Positions 26,013-34,786 of a DNA stretch of 64,000 nt are shown here, piece after piece. Made by a program: the position numbers and the translations under genes. Position 1 is the first letter of the stretch; each line of letters begins with the position of its first letter. The notes under the pieces were generated by a model that worked only from the letters and a program-made list of their open reading frames with translations, was not told the DNA's origin and searched no databases. The stretch is from contig DASSGV010000029.1 of the NCBI GenBank assembly GCA_035693225.1, positions 1,284 to 65,283 of the forward strand. The letters run 5' to 3'. Source of the DNA: Gemmatimonadales bacterium. Its GTDB lineage: Bacteria > Gemmatimonadota > Gemmatimonadetes > Gemmatimonadales > GWC2-71-9.

Positions 26013-27034
26013 TGGCCGCCGCTTCCTCGACCGCCCTGCCCAAGAAGATCGACGCGCAGACGGCGGACCAATACCGCACCTACCTCCGGCAGATGCTGCA
26101 GATCCGGCGCTTCGAGGAGAAGGCCGGCGAGGCGTACAGCCTCGGCAAGATCGGCGGCTTTTGCCACCTCTACATCGGCCAGGAGGCGGTGGCGGTCGGC
26201 ACCCTCGCGGCACTCCGGCACGACGACTACCTCACCTGCAGCTACCGGGACCATGGCCACGCGCTCGCCCGCGGGATGAGCGCCCGTTCCGTGATGGCCG
26301 AGCTGTTCGGGAAGGCCCCCGGCTGCACCAAGGGCAAGGGCGGGTCGATGCACCTCTTCGACGCCTCTCTGGGCTTCCTCGGGGGCCACGGCATCGTGGG
26401 CGGCCACATCCCGCTCACCACCGGCATCGCCTTTGCGATCAAGTACCGCGACGGCGATCAGGTGGCGCTCTGCTACTTCGGCGAGGCGGCGGTCAACAAC
26501 GGCGCGTTCCACGAGGCCCTCAACATGGCGGCGCTGTGGAAGCTGCCGGCCATCTACATCTGCGAGAACAATCGGTACGGGATGGGCACCGCCCTTGAGC
26601 GGGCCAGCGCCATCTACGACATCTCGGAGCGGGCCTGTTCCTATGACATGGCCAACGAGGTGGTGGACGGCCAGGATGTGCTGGCGGTGCGCGCCGCGAT
26701 GGACCGGGCCTGTGCCCGGGCCCGGAAGGAGCACCTCCCGACGCTCCTGGAGATCCGTACCTACCGATTCATGGGCCACTCGATGTCCGACCCGATCCAC
26801 GGGCACTACCGTACCAAGGAAGAGGTCGACGAGCAGCGCAAGCGCGACCCGATCACCACGTGGGGAGACCGGATCACGGCCGCGGGACTGATCGACGCGG
26901 CGGGTATCGCCGCGCTCGATGCCGAGGTCACCGCCGAAGCAGAGGACGCGGTCCGCTTTGCCGACGAGGCACCGGAACCACCGCCGGAAGAGCTGTGGGC
27001 GGATGTATACGCTCCGGTCGGAGGCACCCGATAA
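26012..27034 (+). CDS. pdhA: Pyruvate dehydrogenase E1 alpha subunit
   Basis: GFCHLYIGQEA, YRDHGH and ICENNRYGMGT TPP-enzyme motifs. Confidence 0.92.
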   Translation: MAAASSTALPKKIDAQTADQYRTYLRQMLQIRRFEEKAGEAYSLGKIGGFCHLYIGQEAVAVGTLAALRHDDYLTCSYRDHGHALARGMSARSVMAELFGKAPGCTKGKGGSMHLFDASLGFLGGHGIVGGHIPLTTGIAFAIKYRDGDQVALCYFGEAAVNNGAFHEALNMAALWKLPAIYICENNRYGMGTALERASAIYDISERACSYDMANEVVDGQDVLAVRAAMDRACARARKEHLPTLLEIRTYRFMGHSMSDPIHGHYRTKEEVDEQRKRDPITTWGDRITAAGLIDAAGIAALDAEVTAEAEDAVRFADEAPEPPPEELWADVYAPVGGTR

Positions 27035-28023
27035 TGGCGCTCCTTACGTATCGCGATGCCCTGAACCAGGCGCTCCGTGAAGAAATGCAGCGGGATCCGT
27101 CCGTCTTCCTGATGGGCGAAGAGGTCGGCGTCTACAACGGCGCCTACAAGGTGAGCCGCGGGCTCCTGGAGGAGTTCGGGCCGATGCGGGTGGTGGACAC
27201 CCCGATCACCGAGCTCGGCTTCGCCGGGGTCGGCGTCGGCGCGGCGATGGTGGGGCTGCGACCGATCGTGGAGTTCATGACCTGGAACTTTGCGCTCCTC
27301 GCGGTCGACCAGATCGTCAACTCCGCCGCCAAGATGCGCTACATGAGCGGGGGCCAGGTGGGGTGCCCGATCGTCTTCCGCGGCCCGGGCGGGGCGGCGC
27401 TGCAACTCGCCTCCCAGCACTCCCAGGCCTTCGAGAGCTGGTACGCCCACATCCCCGGGCTCAAGGTGGTGATGCCCGCGACGCCGGCGGACGCCAAGGG
27501 TCTCCTCAAGAGCGCCATCCGCGATGACGACCCGGTGGTCTTCATCGAGGGCGAGATGCTCTACAACAACAAGGGCGAGGTCCCCGACGGCGAACACGTG
27601 ATCCCCCTCGGCAAGGCCGACGTGAAGCGCGCCGGGGGCGACGTCACGATCATCTGCCATTCGAAGACCGTGGCGGTGGCGCTCAAGGCCGCCGAGCAGC
27701 TGGCGGCGGAAGGGATCGCCGCCGAAGTGGTGGACTTGAGGACCATCCGGCCCCTCGACACCGAGACCATCTTGAATTCGGTGGGCAAGACACACCGGGT
27801 CGTCGTGGCGGAGGAGGGATGGAATTTCGCCGGCGTCGGCGCCCAGGTGGTGGACTTGATCCAGCAGGAGGCATTCGACGAGCTCGACGCCCCCGTCCTC
27901 AGGGTCACTGGCGCCGATGTGCCGATGCCGTACAACAAGTTCCTGGAACGCGCCGCGAAGGCGGATGCCGGCAAGGTCGTCGCCGCCGCCAAGAAGGTCC
28001 TGTATGTGGCAGCTGACAGCTGA
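27034..28023 (+). CDS. pdhB: Pyruvate dehydrogenase E1 beta subunit
   Basis: TYRDALNQALREEM...FLMGEEVG..GAYKVS; TAATG overlap with pdhA. Confidence 0.92.
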   Translation: MALLTYRDALNQALREEMQRDPSVFLMGEEVGVYNGAYKVSRGLLEEFGPMRVVDTPITELGFAGVGVGAAMVGLRPIVEFMTWNFALLAVDQIVNSAAKMRYMSGGQVGCPIVFRGPGGAALQLASQHSQAFESWYAHIPGLKVVMPATPADAKGLLKSAIRDDDPVVFIEGEMLYNNKGEVPDGEHVIPLGKADVKRAGGDVTIICHSKTVAVALKAAEQLAAEGIAAEVVDLRTIRPLDTETILNSVGKTHRVVVAEEGWNFAGVGAQVVDLIQQEAFDELDAPVLRVTGADVPMPYNKFLERAAKADAGKVVAAAKKVLYVAADS

Positions 28024-28070
28024 CAGCTGATAGCTGATAGCTGATAGCTCTTAGCTGTCAGCTGATAGCC
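28009..28070. repeat. Heptamer tandem array (AGCTGAC/AGCTGAT)n overlapping the pdhB stop
   Basis: About 8 units read directly; the last pdhB codons (gct gac agc tga) lie inside the array. A local hairpin is centred on ctt near 28050. Confidence 0.9.
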
Positions 28071-28092
28071 CTCTACTGACCGAAAGACGAAC

Positions 28093-29340
28093 ATGGCTAC
28101 CAAGGTGGTAATGGAGGCACTCTCCCCGACGATGGAGGAGGGGCGCCTTGTCGAATGGAAGAAACGCGAGGGCGACGCCGTCGCCGTCGGTGACGTCCTG
28201 GCCGAGGTCGAGACCGACAAGGCCGTGATGGAGCTGGTGGCACGGGCCGCCGGAACGCTCATCAAGCTCGCCGTCCCGGCGGGGGCCACCGTACCGGTCG
28301 CAGATGTCGTCGCCTGGATCGGGACGCCGGGGGAGTCGGTGGGGAATGGTGCCGGCGCCGCGCCGGCTGGATCACCCGCTGCGAGCAAGGGCGCGCCCAC
28401 GCCTGCGCCCGTGAGGTCCGTGCCCACTCCGGCGGCGCCGGCTGCTGCACCCCAGGCCGCGGCGGCAGTATCCGGGCGGGTCAAGGCATCGCCGCTGGCG
28501 CGCAAGATCGCCGCGGATCGCGGGGTCGACCTCGGGGCGATCGCCGGCTCGGGGCCCGCAGGCCGGATCATCGCACGGGACCTGGACGGGGCCGTCCAGG
28601 GGGGGGCGGCGCGGCGTGCAGCACCGGCGGTGCCCGGTGCGGGGTTCGAGGACGTCCCGCTCTCCCAGATCCGCAAGACCATCGCCAAGCGCCTGGTGCA
28701 GTCGATCGGGCCGATCCCCACGTTCTACCTCACCAGCGACGTCGACATGACGCGGATGTGGGAGGCGCGGGAGGCGCTGGTCGGCGGACGCGCCAGCGCA
28801 GCGGCGACGGGCGAGGTCAAGGTCTCGTTCAATGACATCATCATCAAGGCCGTGGCCACCGCACTGCTGCAGCATCCGGCGTGCAACGCCTGGTGGCAGG
28901 ACGACCACATCCGCGTCTGGCACGAGGCGCATATCGGGATGGCGGTGGCGATCCCCGACGGGCTCATCACGCCGGTCATCCGGAACGCCGATCAGAAGTC
29001 GCTCCGGGAGATCGCCGTGGAGACGAAGGACCTGGCCCGCCGGGCCCGGGACCGGAAGCTCACCCCGGAGGAGTACACCGGCGCCACTTTCTCGATCTCC
29101 AACCTCGGGATGCTCGAGATCGAGCATTTCACCGCGATCATCAACCCGCCCGAGGCGGGGATCATCGCGGTGGGCAAGATCCGCGACGAGGCCGTGGTGG
29201 TGGACGGCCAGGTCAGGATGCGCAAGGCGATGCGGCTCACGATGTCGTGCGATCATCGCGTCATCGACGGCGCCACCGGCGCCCAGTTCCTGAAGACGGT
29301 CAAGCTGCTGCTGGAGAACCCGCTGGCGATGGTCTTCTGA
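28093..29340 (+). CDS. pdhC: Dihydrolipoamide acetyltransferase (E2)
   Basis: Single lipoyl domain (EVETDKAVMEL), Ala/Pro linker, PSBD, and catalytic DHRVIDGA. Confidence 0.92.
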   Translation: MATKVVMEALSPTMEEGRLVEWKKREGDAVAVGDVLAEVETDKAVMELVARAAGTLIKLAVPAGATVPVADVVAWIGTPGESVGNGAGAAPAGSPAASKGAPTPAPVRSVPTPAAPAAAPQAAAAVSGRVKASPLARKIAADRGVDLGAIAGSGPAGRIIARDLDGAVQGGAARRAAPAVPGAGFEDVPLSQIRKTIAKRLVQSIGPIPTFYLTSDVDMTRMWEAREALVGGRASAAATGEVKVSFNDIIIKAVATALLQHPACNAWWQDDHIRVWHEAHIGMAVAIPDGLITPVIRNADQKSLREIAVETKDLARRARDRKLTPEEYTGATFSISNLGMLEIEHFTAIINPPEAGIIAVGKIRDEAVVVDGQVRMRKAMRLTMSCDHRVIDGATGAQFLKTVKLLLENPLAMVF

Positions 29341-29382
29341 GGGTCAGGCGACCGTTCACCGTTTCCCGAGTCGAGGCACCCC

Positions 29383-30780
29383 GTGGCGAACCAATTCGAC
29401 GTCATCATCGTAGGCGGCGGGCCGGCCGGATACGTCTGTGCCATCCGCGCCGCCCAACTGGGCCTGAGCACCGCCGTGATCGAGAAGGAGAAGATGGGCG
29501 GTGTCTGCGTCAACATCGGGTGCATCCCGACCAAGGCGCTGCTCCACAGCGCGATGGTGGCCTCCATCCTCTCCCACGATGCCAAGGAGCTCGGCGTCGA
29601 GGTCGGCACCGTGAAGACCGACTACGGCGTGGCGATGAAGCGCTCGCGCAGGGTGTCGGAGCAGAACTCCAAGGGCGTCGATTTCCTGATGAAGAAGCAC
29701 AAGGTGACCGTCATCAAGGGGACCGGTGTCCTCCAGCCGGGCCGCAAGGTGAAGGTCGGCGCCGATCTCTACGAGGCGAAGAAGGCAGTCGTCATCGCGA
29801 CGGGCTCCCGCACCAAGGGGATCCCGCAGATCGGCCTCGAACTCGACCGGAAGCTGGTCATCAGCTCCGACGAGGCGCTCTTCCTGGAACAGGCGCCCAA
29901 GACGATCGCGATCGTCGGCGCCGGAGCGGTGGGGACGGAGTTCGCCGACATCTTCAATGCCTTCGGGTCCAAGGTCTGGCTCATCGAGGCCTTGCCCCGG
30001 ATCCTGCCGGTCGAGGACGCCGAGTCCTCGGAGACCATCGCCAAGCTGTACAAGAAGCGCGGCATCGAGGTGCGCGCCGGCGCCGCGGTCAAGAAGGCGA
30101 CCGTCGGCAAGGACAAGGTGACCCTCGAGATCGAGTCGGCGGGCCAGAAGGAGACCATCGAGGCCGGCATGGTGCTGATGGCGGCGGGCCGGGCGGTGAA
30201 CACCGAGAACGCAGGGTTCAAGGAGGCGGGGGTGCAGCTCACGGAGCGCGGCTTCGTCAAGGTGAACCTCGCCACGCTGGAGACCACGGCCCCCGGCGTC
30301 TACGCCATCGGGGACGTGGCGGGCCCCCCGATGCTGGCACACAAGGGAAGTCGCGAGGGAGTGTTCGTGGCCGAGCTCATCGCCGGCCACAAGCCGCACG
30401 CCATCACGTACGACAACATCCCCGGCGTCACGTACTGCCACCCGGAAGTGGCGAGCATCGGCCTGACCGAGGAGCGGTGCAAGGAGAAGAAGCTCGACTA
30501 CCAGGTGGGCCGCTTCCCGTTGAGCGCCAATGGCCGGGCCCGCGCTTCGAACGAGACCGACGGCTTCGTCAAGATCATCCGCGGCAAGAAGTACGGCGAG
30601 ATCCTCGGCGCCCACATCGTCGCCAGCCACGCTTCGGAGATGATCCACGAACTCACCGTGGCCCGCGAGAACGAGTTCACCGTCGAAGAGGTGGATCTCG
30701 CCGTGCACGCACATCCGACCCTGTCGGAAGCGATCGCCGAAGCGGCGCTCGACTCGATGGGACGGGTGATGCACATCTGA
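29383..30780 (+). CDS. lpdA: Dihydrolipoyl dehydrogenase (E3)
   Basis: GGGPAGY, redox-active GGVCVNIGCIPTK, and C-terminal HAHPTLSE. Confidence 0.95.
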   Translation: MANQFDVIIVGGGPAGYVCAIRAAQLGLSTAVIEKEKMGGVCVNIGCIPTKALLHSAMVASILSHDAKELGVEVGTVKTDYGVAMKRSRRVSEQNSKGVDFLMKKHKVTVIKGTGVLQPGRKVKVGADLYEAKKAVVIATGSRTKGIPQIGLELDRKLVISSDEALFLEQAPKTIAIVGAGAVGTEFADIFNAFGSKVWLIEALPRILPVEDAESSETIAKLYKKRGIEVRAGAAVKKATVGKDKVTLEIESAGQKETIEAGMVLMAAGRAVNTENAGFKEAGVQLTERGFVKVNLATLETTAPGVYAIGDVAGPPMLAHKGSREGVFVAELIAGHKPHAITYDNIPGVTYCHPEVASIGLTEERCKEKKLDYQVGRFPLSANGRARASNETDGFVKIIRGKKYGEILGAHIVASHASEMIHELTVARENEFTVEEVDLAVHAHPTLSEAIAEAALDSMGRVMHI

Positions 30781-30809
30781 TCGAGCCGGGATCCGTGGTG
30801 AACAGTCGA

Positions 30810-30844
30810 CGGTAAACGGGAGGGCCAGGATCTCCCGTTTACCG
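30810..30844 (+). terminator. Hairpin after lpd embedded in ACCGTTC-type heptamers
   Basis: 13-bp stem CGGTAAACGGGAG / CTCCCGTTTACCG with a 9-nt loop; flanking GGTGAAC ... GTTCACC units extend the pairing. Confidence 0.6.
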
Positions 30845-30876
30845 TTCTCCGTTCACCGTTCACTTCTGGAGCTGCA

Positions 30877-31335
30877 ATGCCTGACGAACCCCTCCACAAC
30901 ATGGCCGGCGAACCCCTCCCCGAAGGGCTCGACCTCTTCGCCCTGGGGGTGCGTGCGCTCGGATTCGCGGCCGCGGTCGGGGCCACAGCGATCACGCTGG
31001 TGCTGTGGGGGGTGCAAACACTGGTCCCCCCCGCCGCGACCCCGAATGCGGGACCGGTGGCTGGCCCGGCGTTCTATCTGTTGGTCCTCGGCACCCCGGC
31101 GGCGATGGCGCTCGGCGCCGCCACCTGCTGGTTCCTGCTCCGCCCCGTCCAGTCGTTGTTCCGGCGTGGAGCCCTGTCGGTGGTGAGCGCCTTCCTTTCA
31201 TTCGTCGTGTCGCTCCTTACCCTCCCGGCCAATGCCCTCTTCGGCCGCGTCGGACTGCTGGGCGCGTCGCTGCTCTTTGCGCTCGCGATGGTGCTCCTTG
31301 GCCGCAGCCTGCGCCGGTGGAGCGCGGCGACCTGA
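30877..31335 (+). CDS. Four-TM membrane protein, unknown function
   Basis: 152 aa, hydrophobic, high GC3. Confidence 0.6.
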   Translation: MPDEPLHNMAGEPLPEGLDLFALGVRALGFAAAVGATAITLVLWGVQTLVPPAATPNAGPVAGPAFYLLVLGTPAAMALGAATCWFLLRPVQSLFRRGALSVVSAFLSFVVSLLTLPANALFGRVGLLGASLLFALAMVLLGRSLRRWSAAT

Positions 31336-31421
31336 CGCATTGACGGATCGGCGCGAGTACGCTAGGCGCGATCGCACCGGGCCAGTTGATTTCCCTCGCG
31401 GCCTGACCTTTAGTTAGGACC

Positions 31422-31961
31422 ATGGCAGACGGGACCAAGCGCACTCCGGCCGAGTTGGCCGATGACAAGCTGACGGACATCCAGAAGGCCGCGGGAAGCT
31501 GGGCGCGGGAGGTCCCCACCGCGCTCCAACCCGCGGTCCGGGCCGTGTGCATCCGCCTGGCGGAGATGGTGGCCGATCAACGGAACTACCTGGCGCCGCT
31601 CCCGAGCGCCCAGGAGTCGGAGCGGGAACAGATGCTCAAGCTCCTGGTCGAGCGCCTGACGTCGAAGTCCGCCACCAAGGGCATCGAGCAGGAGCTCAAG
31701 GAACTGAGCGAGATGGAGCTCCGGGCCACCGGATCGTGGTCGCTCGTCCCGACCGCGCAGACGGAGTGGATCAACACCGCCATCGGATTCCTCGACCACC
31801 AGGGCAAGACCCTCCCCAAGGCCGAGCAGCCTGACGCCTACTGGGCTGACGACCTGGTGGCTGGCGTCGTAGCGTCGGTCCGGGCCGTGCTCGGCATCGA
31901 TGAGCTGCAGGCCCGCACCGAATCGCAATTCGGGCGCAGTAAGCCGGGAGTGGAGGAGTAG
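31422..31961 (+). CDS. Hypothetical soluble protein
   Basis: 179 aa, strong GC3 bias, no motif recognised. Confidence 0.6.
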   Translation: MADGTKRTPAELADDKLTDIQKAAGSWAREVPTALQPAVRAVCIRLAEMVADQRNYLAPLPSAQESEREQMLKLLVERLTSKSATKGIEQELKELSEMELRATGSWSLVPTAQTEWINTAIGFLDHQGKTLPKAEQPDAYWADDLVAGVVASVRAVLGIDELQARTESQFGRSKPGVEE

Positions 31962-32060
31962 GCGGGGGAAAGCGGGGGAAAGCGCAGGAAAGCGAGGGAA
32001 AGCGGGGGAAGGCGAGGGAAGGCGGGGGAAAGCGAGGGAAGGCGGGGTGAAGGCGGGGCG
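31961..32060. repeat. Decamer tandem array (RGCGRGGGAA) x10
   Basis: Ten consecutive 10-nt units starting at the last base of the upstream stop codon; G-tracts lie on the + strand. Confidence 0.9.
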
Positions 32061-32091
32061 GTGTGCTGTTCGCCGCAAGCGTGGGAGCAAC

Positions 32092-32122
32092 GAGGAGGCC
32101 GGCAATGTTTGCCGGCCTCCTC
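32092..32122. terminator. Bidirectional hairpin terminator
   Basis: 14-bp stem GAGGAGGCCGGCAA / TTGCCGGCCTCCTC with a 3-nt loop, between convergent genes. Confidence 0.7.
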
Positions 32123-32153
32123 CACGTTTCTGCTGATCGCCGTCCCGCCTGTG

Positions 32154-33515
32154 CTACTTCCCTGCCATCATCTCGAAGAACTTTCCGAACACCTGGATCC
32201 CGTCCCAGACCTGTGAGAGCGTCACCTTCTCATTCGGGGCGTGGAGGCGGTCGTCGGGGAGGCCGATGCCGGTGAGCAGCACCGGGGCCCCTCGCTGACC
32301 GAGTGCGGTGACGACCGGGATCGATCCGCCGGCCCGCACTGCCACGGTGGGCCGCCCCACCACTTCCGTGAAGGCTCGGTCCAGCACTCCGAAGGCCGGG
32401 GCATCGACCTTCACCTGGACCGGCTCACCGGAGTGGAGCGGGACGACCTTCACTTCCGCCCACTTGGGGGCGACCCGCTTGACCGCCTGGGCCAGCTGCC
32501 TGTACACGGTGGCGGAGCGCTGGCCCGGCACCAGCCGGAGGCTCACCTTGGCCACAGCCTGACAGGGGATCACGGTCTTGGCGCCCTCGCCCGTGAAACC
32601 GCCGCGGATCCCGTGGATCTCGAAGGTCGGCAGGGCCCAGAGCCGCTGGTGGATGCTGTACTTCTGGAGCCCCGTGAGCGCCTTGGCGGTGACCTGCTTC
32701 TTCAAGTACTTCCGCTGGTCGAACGGGAGCTTCTTCCACCCGGCCAGCTCCGCCTTGCTGGGCGGCCGCACGGCCTCGTAGAGGCCGGGGATCTTGACCC
32801 GCCCATCGGCCCCCTTGAGCGCGGCAAGTATCCGCACGATGGTCTCGATGGCGTTCGGTGCCACCCCGCCGTATTCACCGGAGTGCAGGTCGCTCTCGGC
32901 GGTGCGCACCTGGATCTCGGCGTAGGCCAGGCCGCGCAGGGCGGTGTAGACCGCCGGCACTCCGGGCGCGTAGTATCCCATGTCGGCCACCACCACGGCG
33001 TCGGCGTCGGTGCGCCACGGCTCCGCCTTCAGCCGGTCGAAGATGACCCGGCCGCCGCACTCCTCCTCGCCTTCGATGATGAAGTGGACGTTGAGCGGGG
33101 GGCGTTTGCCCTGATCGAGGACCGATTCATACGCCTTGAGCAGCGCAAAGACCTGGCCCTTGTCGTCCACCGCGCCCCGTGCGTACAGGATCCCGTCGCG
33201 CACGGTCGGGTCGAATGCCCCGGTGACCCACTCTTCCAGCGGCTCGGCCGGCTGGACGTCATAGTGCCCATACAGCAGGAGCGTCGGCGCACCGGGCACC
33301 TTGGGTCCCTCGGCCCAGATCGTCGGGTGGCCGCTCCCTTCCAGCAACTCGACCACCGGGCAGCCGAGCCGGCGGAGGTGATCCGTGACCCATTGCGCCG
33401 CGCGGCGACAGTCCGCCGCGTGTGCAGGGTCGGTACTGATGCTCGGGATGCGGAGGAAATCCTTGAGCTCGCCAAGGAGGCGGTCCTGGTCGCGGGTCGC
33501 GATGTCGTTGGGCAT
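32154..33515 (-). CDS. M20-family dipeptidase
   Basis: LLLYGHYDVQPA, GAVDDKGQ and EGEEE metal-ligand motifs. Confidence 0.88.
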   Translation of the reverse strand: MPNDIATRDQDRLLGELKDFLRIPSISTDPAHAADCRRAAQWVTDHLRRLGCPVVELLEGSGHPTIWAEGPKVPGAPTLLLYGHYDVQPAEPLEEWVTGAFDPTVRDGILYARGAVDDKGQVFALLKAYESVLDQGKRPPLNVHFIIEGEEECGGRVIFDRLKAEPWRTDADAVVVADMGYYAPGVPAVYTALRGLAYAEIQVRTAESDLHSGEYGGVAPNAIETIVRILAALKGADGRVKIPGLYEAVRPPSKAELAGWKKLPFDQRKYLKKQVTAKALTGLQKYSIHQRLWALPTFEIHGIRGGFTGEGAKTVIPCQAVAKVSLRLVPGQRSATVYRQLAQAVKRVAPKWAEVKVVPLHSGEPVQVKVDAPAFGVLDRAFTEVVGRPTVAVRAGGSIPVVTALGQRGAPVLLTGIGLPDDRLHAPNEKVTLSQVWDGIQVFGKFFEMMAGK

Positions 33516-33649
33516 TGGAGGCGGATCGGCGGAAGGCGGGATGCGAGTGGAATGAACCCACCGAACCTACAGCGTGCTCCGGCGGAAGCAAGAGGCGTGG
33601 ACGGGCGGAATGGCTGGCGGTCGTCCGTCCCGCGGGTACATTCGCCATC

Positions 33650-34750
33650 ATGCACTCCACGGCGCAATTCCGGGTCTTCGGCGCGGGTCCATCCGAGCGT
33701 CGGCTGGTGCGTGCCCGCCAGCTGGTCCGTGACGGGCGCTCCCGGGAGGCCGAGGACGTGTATCGGGCCGTCCTGGCGGAGGATCCGGGGAGCCGGACGG
33801 CGTGGAGCGAATACTTCGAGTGGCTGCGCACCGCGCATCGTCATGACGACGCGCTCTTCCTGGCCGAACGCGCGGCGGCGCAATTCCCGGGCGAAGCGTT
33901 CCCGTTGGCTCTGGTCGGCGCGGCCCAGGTGGAGCTCGGCCGATATCGTGATGGGCTCGCGGCACTCGATCGGGCGGCCCAGGCCGATCCTGACCTGGGC
34001 CTCGTCTGGCACGAGATGGGCTACGCGGCGTGGCGCCTGGGAGAGCCCTCGCGCGCGCTGCTGGCGGTGGACCGCGCGTTCGCGCTCGAGCCACACGGCG
34101 CAACGTTGCTCCTGCGCGGACGGATCCTGCGGGACGCCGGCCGGTATCTGGCGGCGGAGGTGGCGTTCACCGGAGCGATGGAGGCGGCGGAGTTCCCCGA
34201 GCAGCGTCGCGAGGCGGAGCGTCAGATCGGGATCGTCCGGCGCTGCGGGGCATTCCCCGGGCGCACGCCCGGCGCCCTCGACGCTGCGCGACGCTGGTTC
34301 GCGGAGACCGGTGGCGCTCCGCTCACCACCCCCGGCGGCGGCTCGACGCCTGCCGAGGCGGAGCTCCTGCGGGCATTCGCGGATCTGGCGCGGGACGAGG
34401 GCTGGCGTTTCACCGCCATCCACGCGACCGACGGGTGGCCTGGCTGGCAGGGTCTCGCGCGTATGCTGAGCCTGGCGTTGCTGCCGGTGACCGACCAGGT
34501 CGAGGAGATCCCGCTGATCGTGACGCGCTCACCGAGCGTGGGCGGACTGCGCTGGGAGATGGCGCTGGCCCGCCTGGCGGAGACGCAGGTCGGGATGAGC
34601 TTTGCGCTCTCATCTCCCGCCGGGACATCCGGCCCCGACGTGGTCGGGGTCCTCGAAGGCGTGGAGCATTGTACCGTGGACCTTGCCGCCGCGTTGGAAG
34701 CGGTGCGCCACCCGTCGTCGACCCTGGCCGGTCGGAAGGTCTGCTGCTAG
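33650..34750 (+). CDS. TPR-repeat protein
   Basis: Repeated A..Y...L..DP..A pattern; ATG 33650 preferred over the ORF-track start. Confidence 0.65.
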   Translation: MHSTAQFRVFGAGPSERRLVRARQLVRDGRSREAEDVYRAVLAEDPGSRTAWSEYFEWLRTAHRHDDALFLAERAAAQFPGEAFPLALVGAAQVELGRYRDGLAALDRAAQADPDLGLVWHEMGYAAWRLGEPSRALLAVDRAFALEPHGATLLLRGRILRDAGRYLAAEVAFTGAMEAAEFPEQRREAERQIGIVRRCGAFPGRTPGALDAARRWFAETGGAPLTTPGGGSTPAEAELLRAFADLARDEGWRFTAIHATDGWPGWQGLARMLSLALLPVTDQVEEIPLIVTRSPSVGGLRWEMALARLAETQVGMSFALSSPAGTSGPDVVGVLEGVEHCTVDLAAALEAVRHPSSTLAGRKVCC

Positions 34751-34786
34751 GCCGGATCGCCGGTCAGACGGGATGACCGGGTCGAC

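Noticed and set aside
24846-26213. N-terminal 455 aa of ORF 24441..26213
   Set aside because: This part is antisense to lipA and pdhA. Only the last 134 aa, from ATG 24845, form a credible signal-peptide lipoprotein.
31410-32105. 231-aa minus-strand ORF with a PAFPRLPSP-type repeats
   Set aside because: The repeat peptide is the translation of the decamer array. The rest is antisense to the 179-aa + strand gene, which has better GC3 bias.
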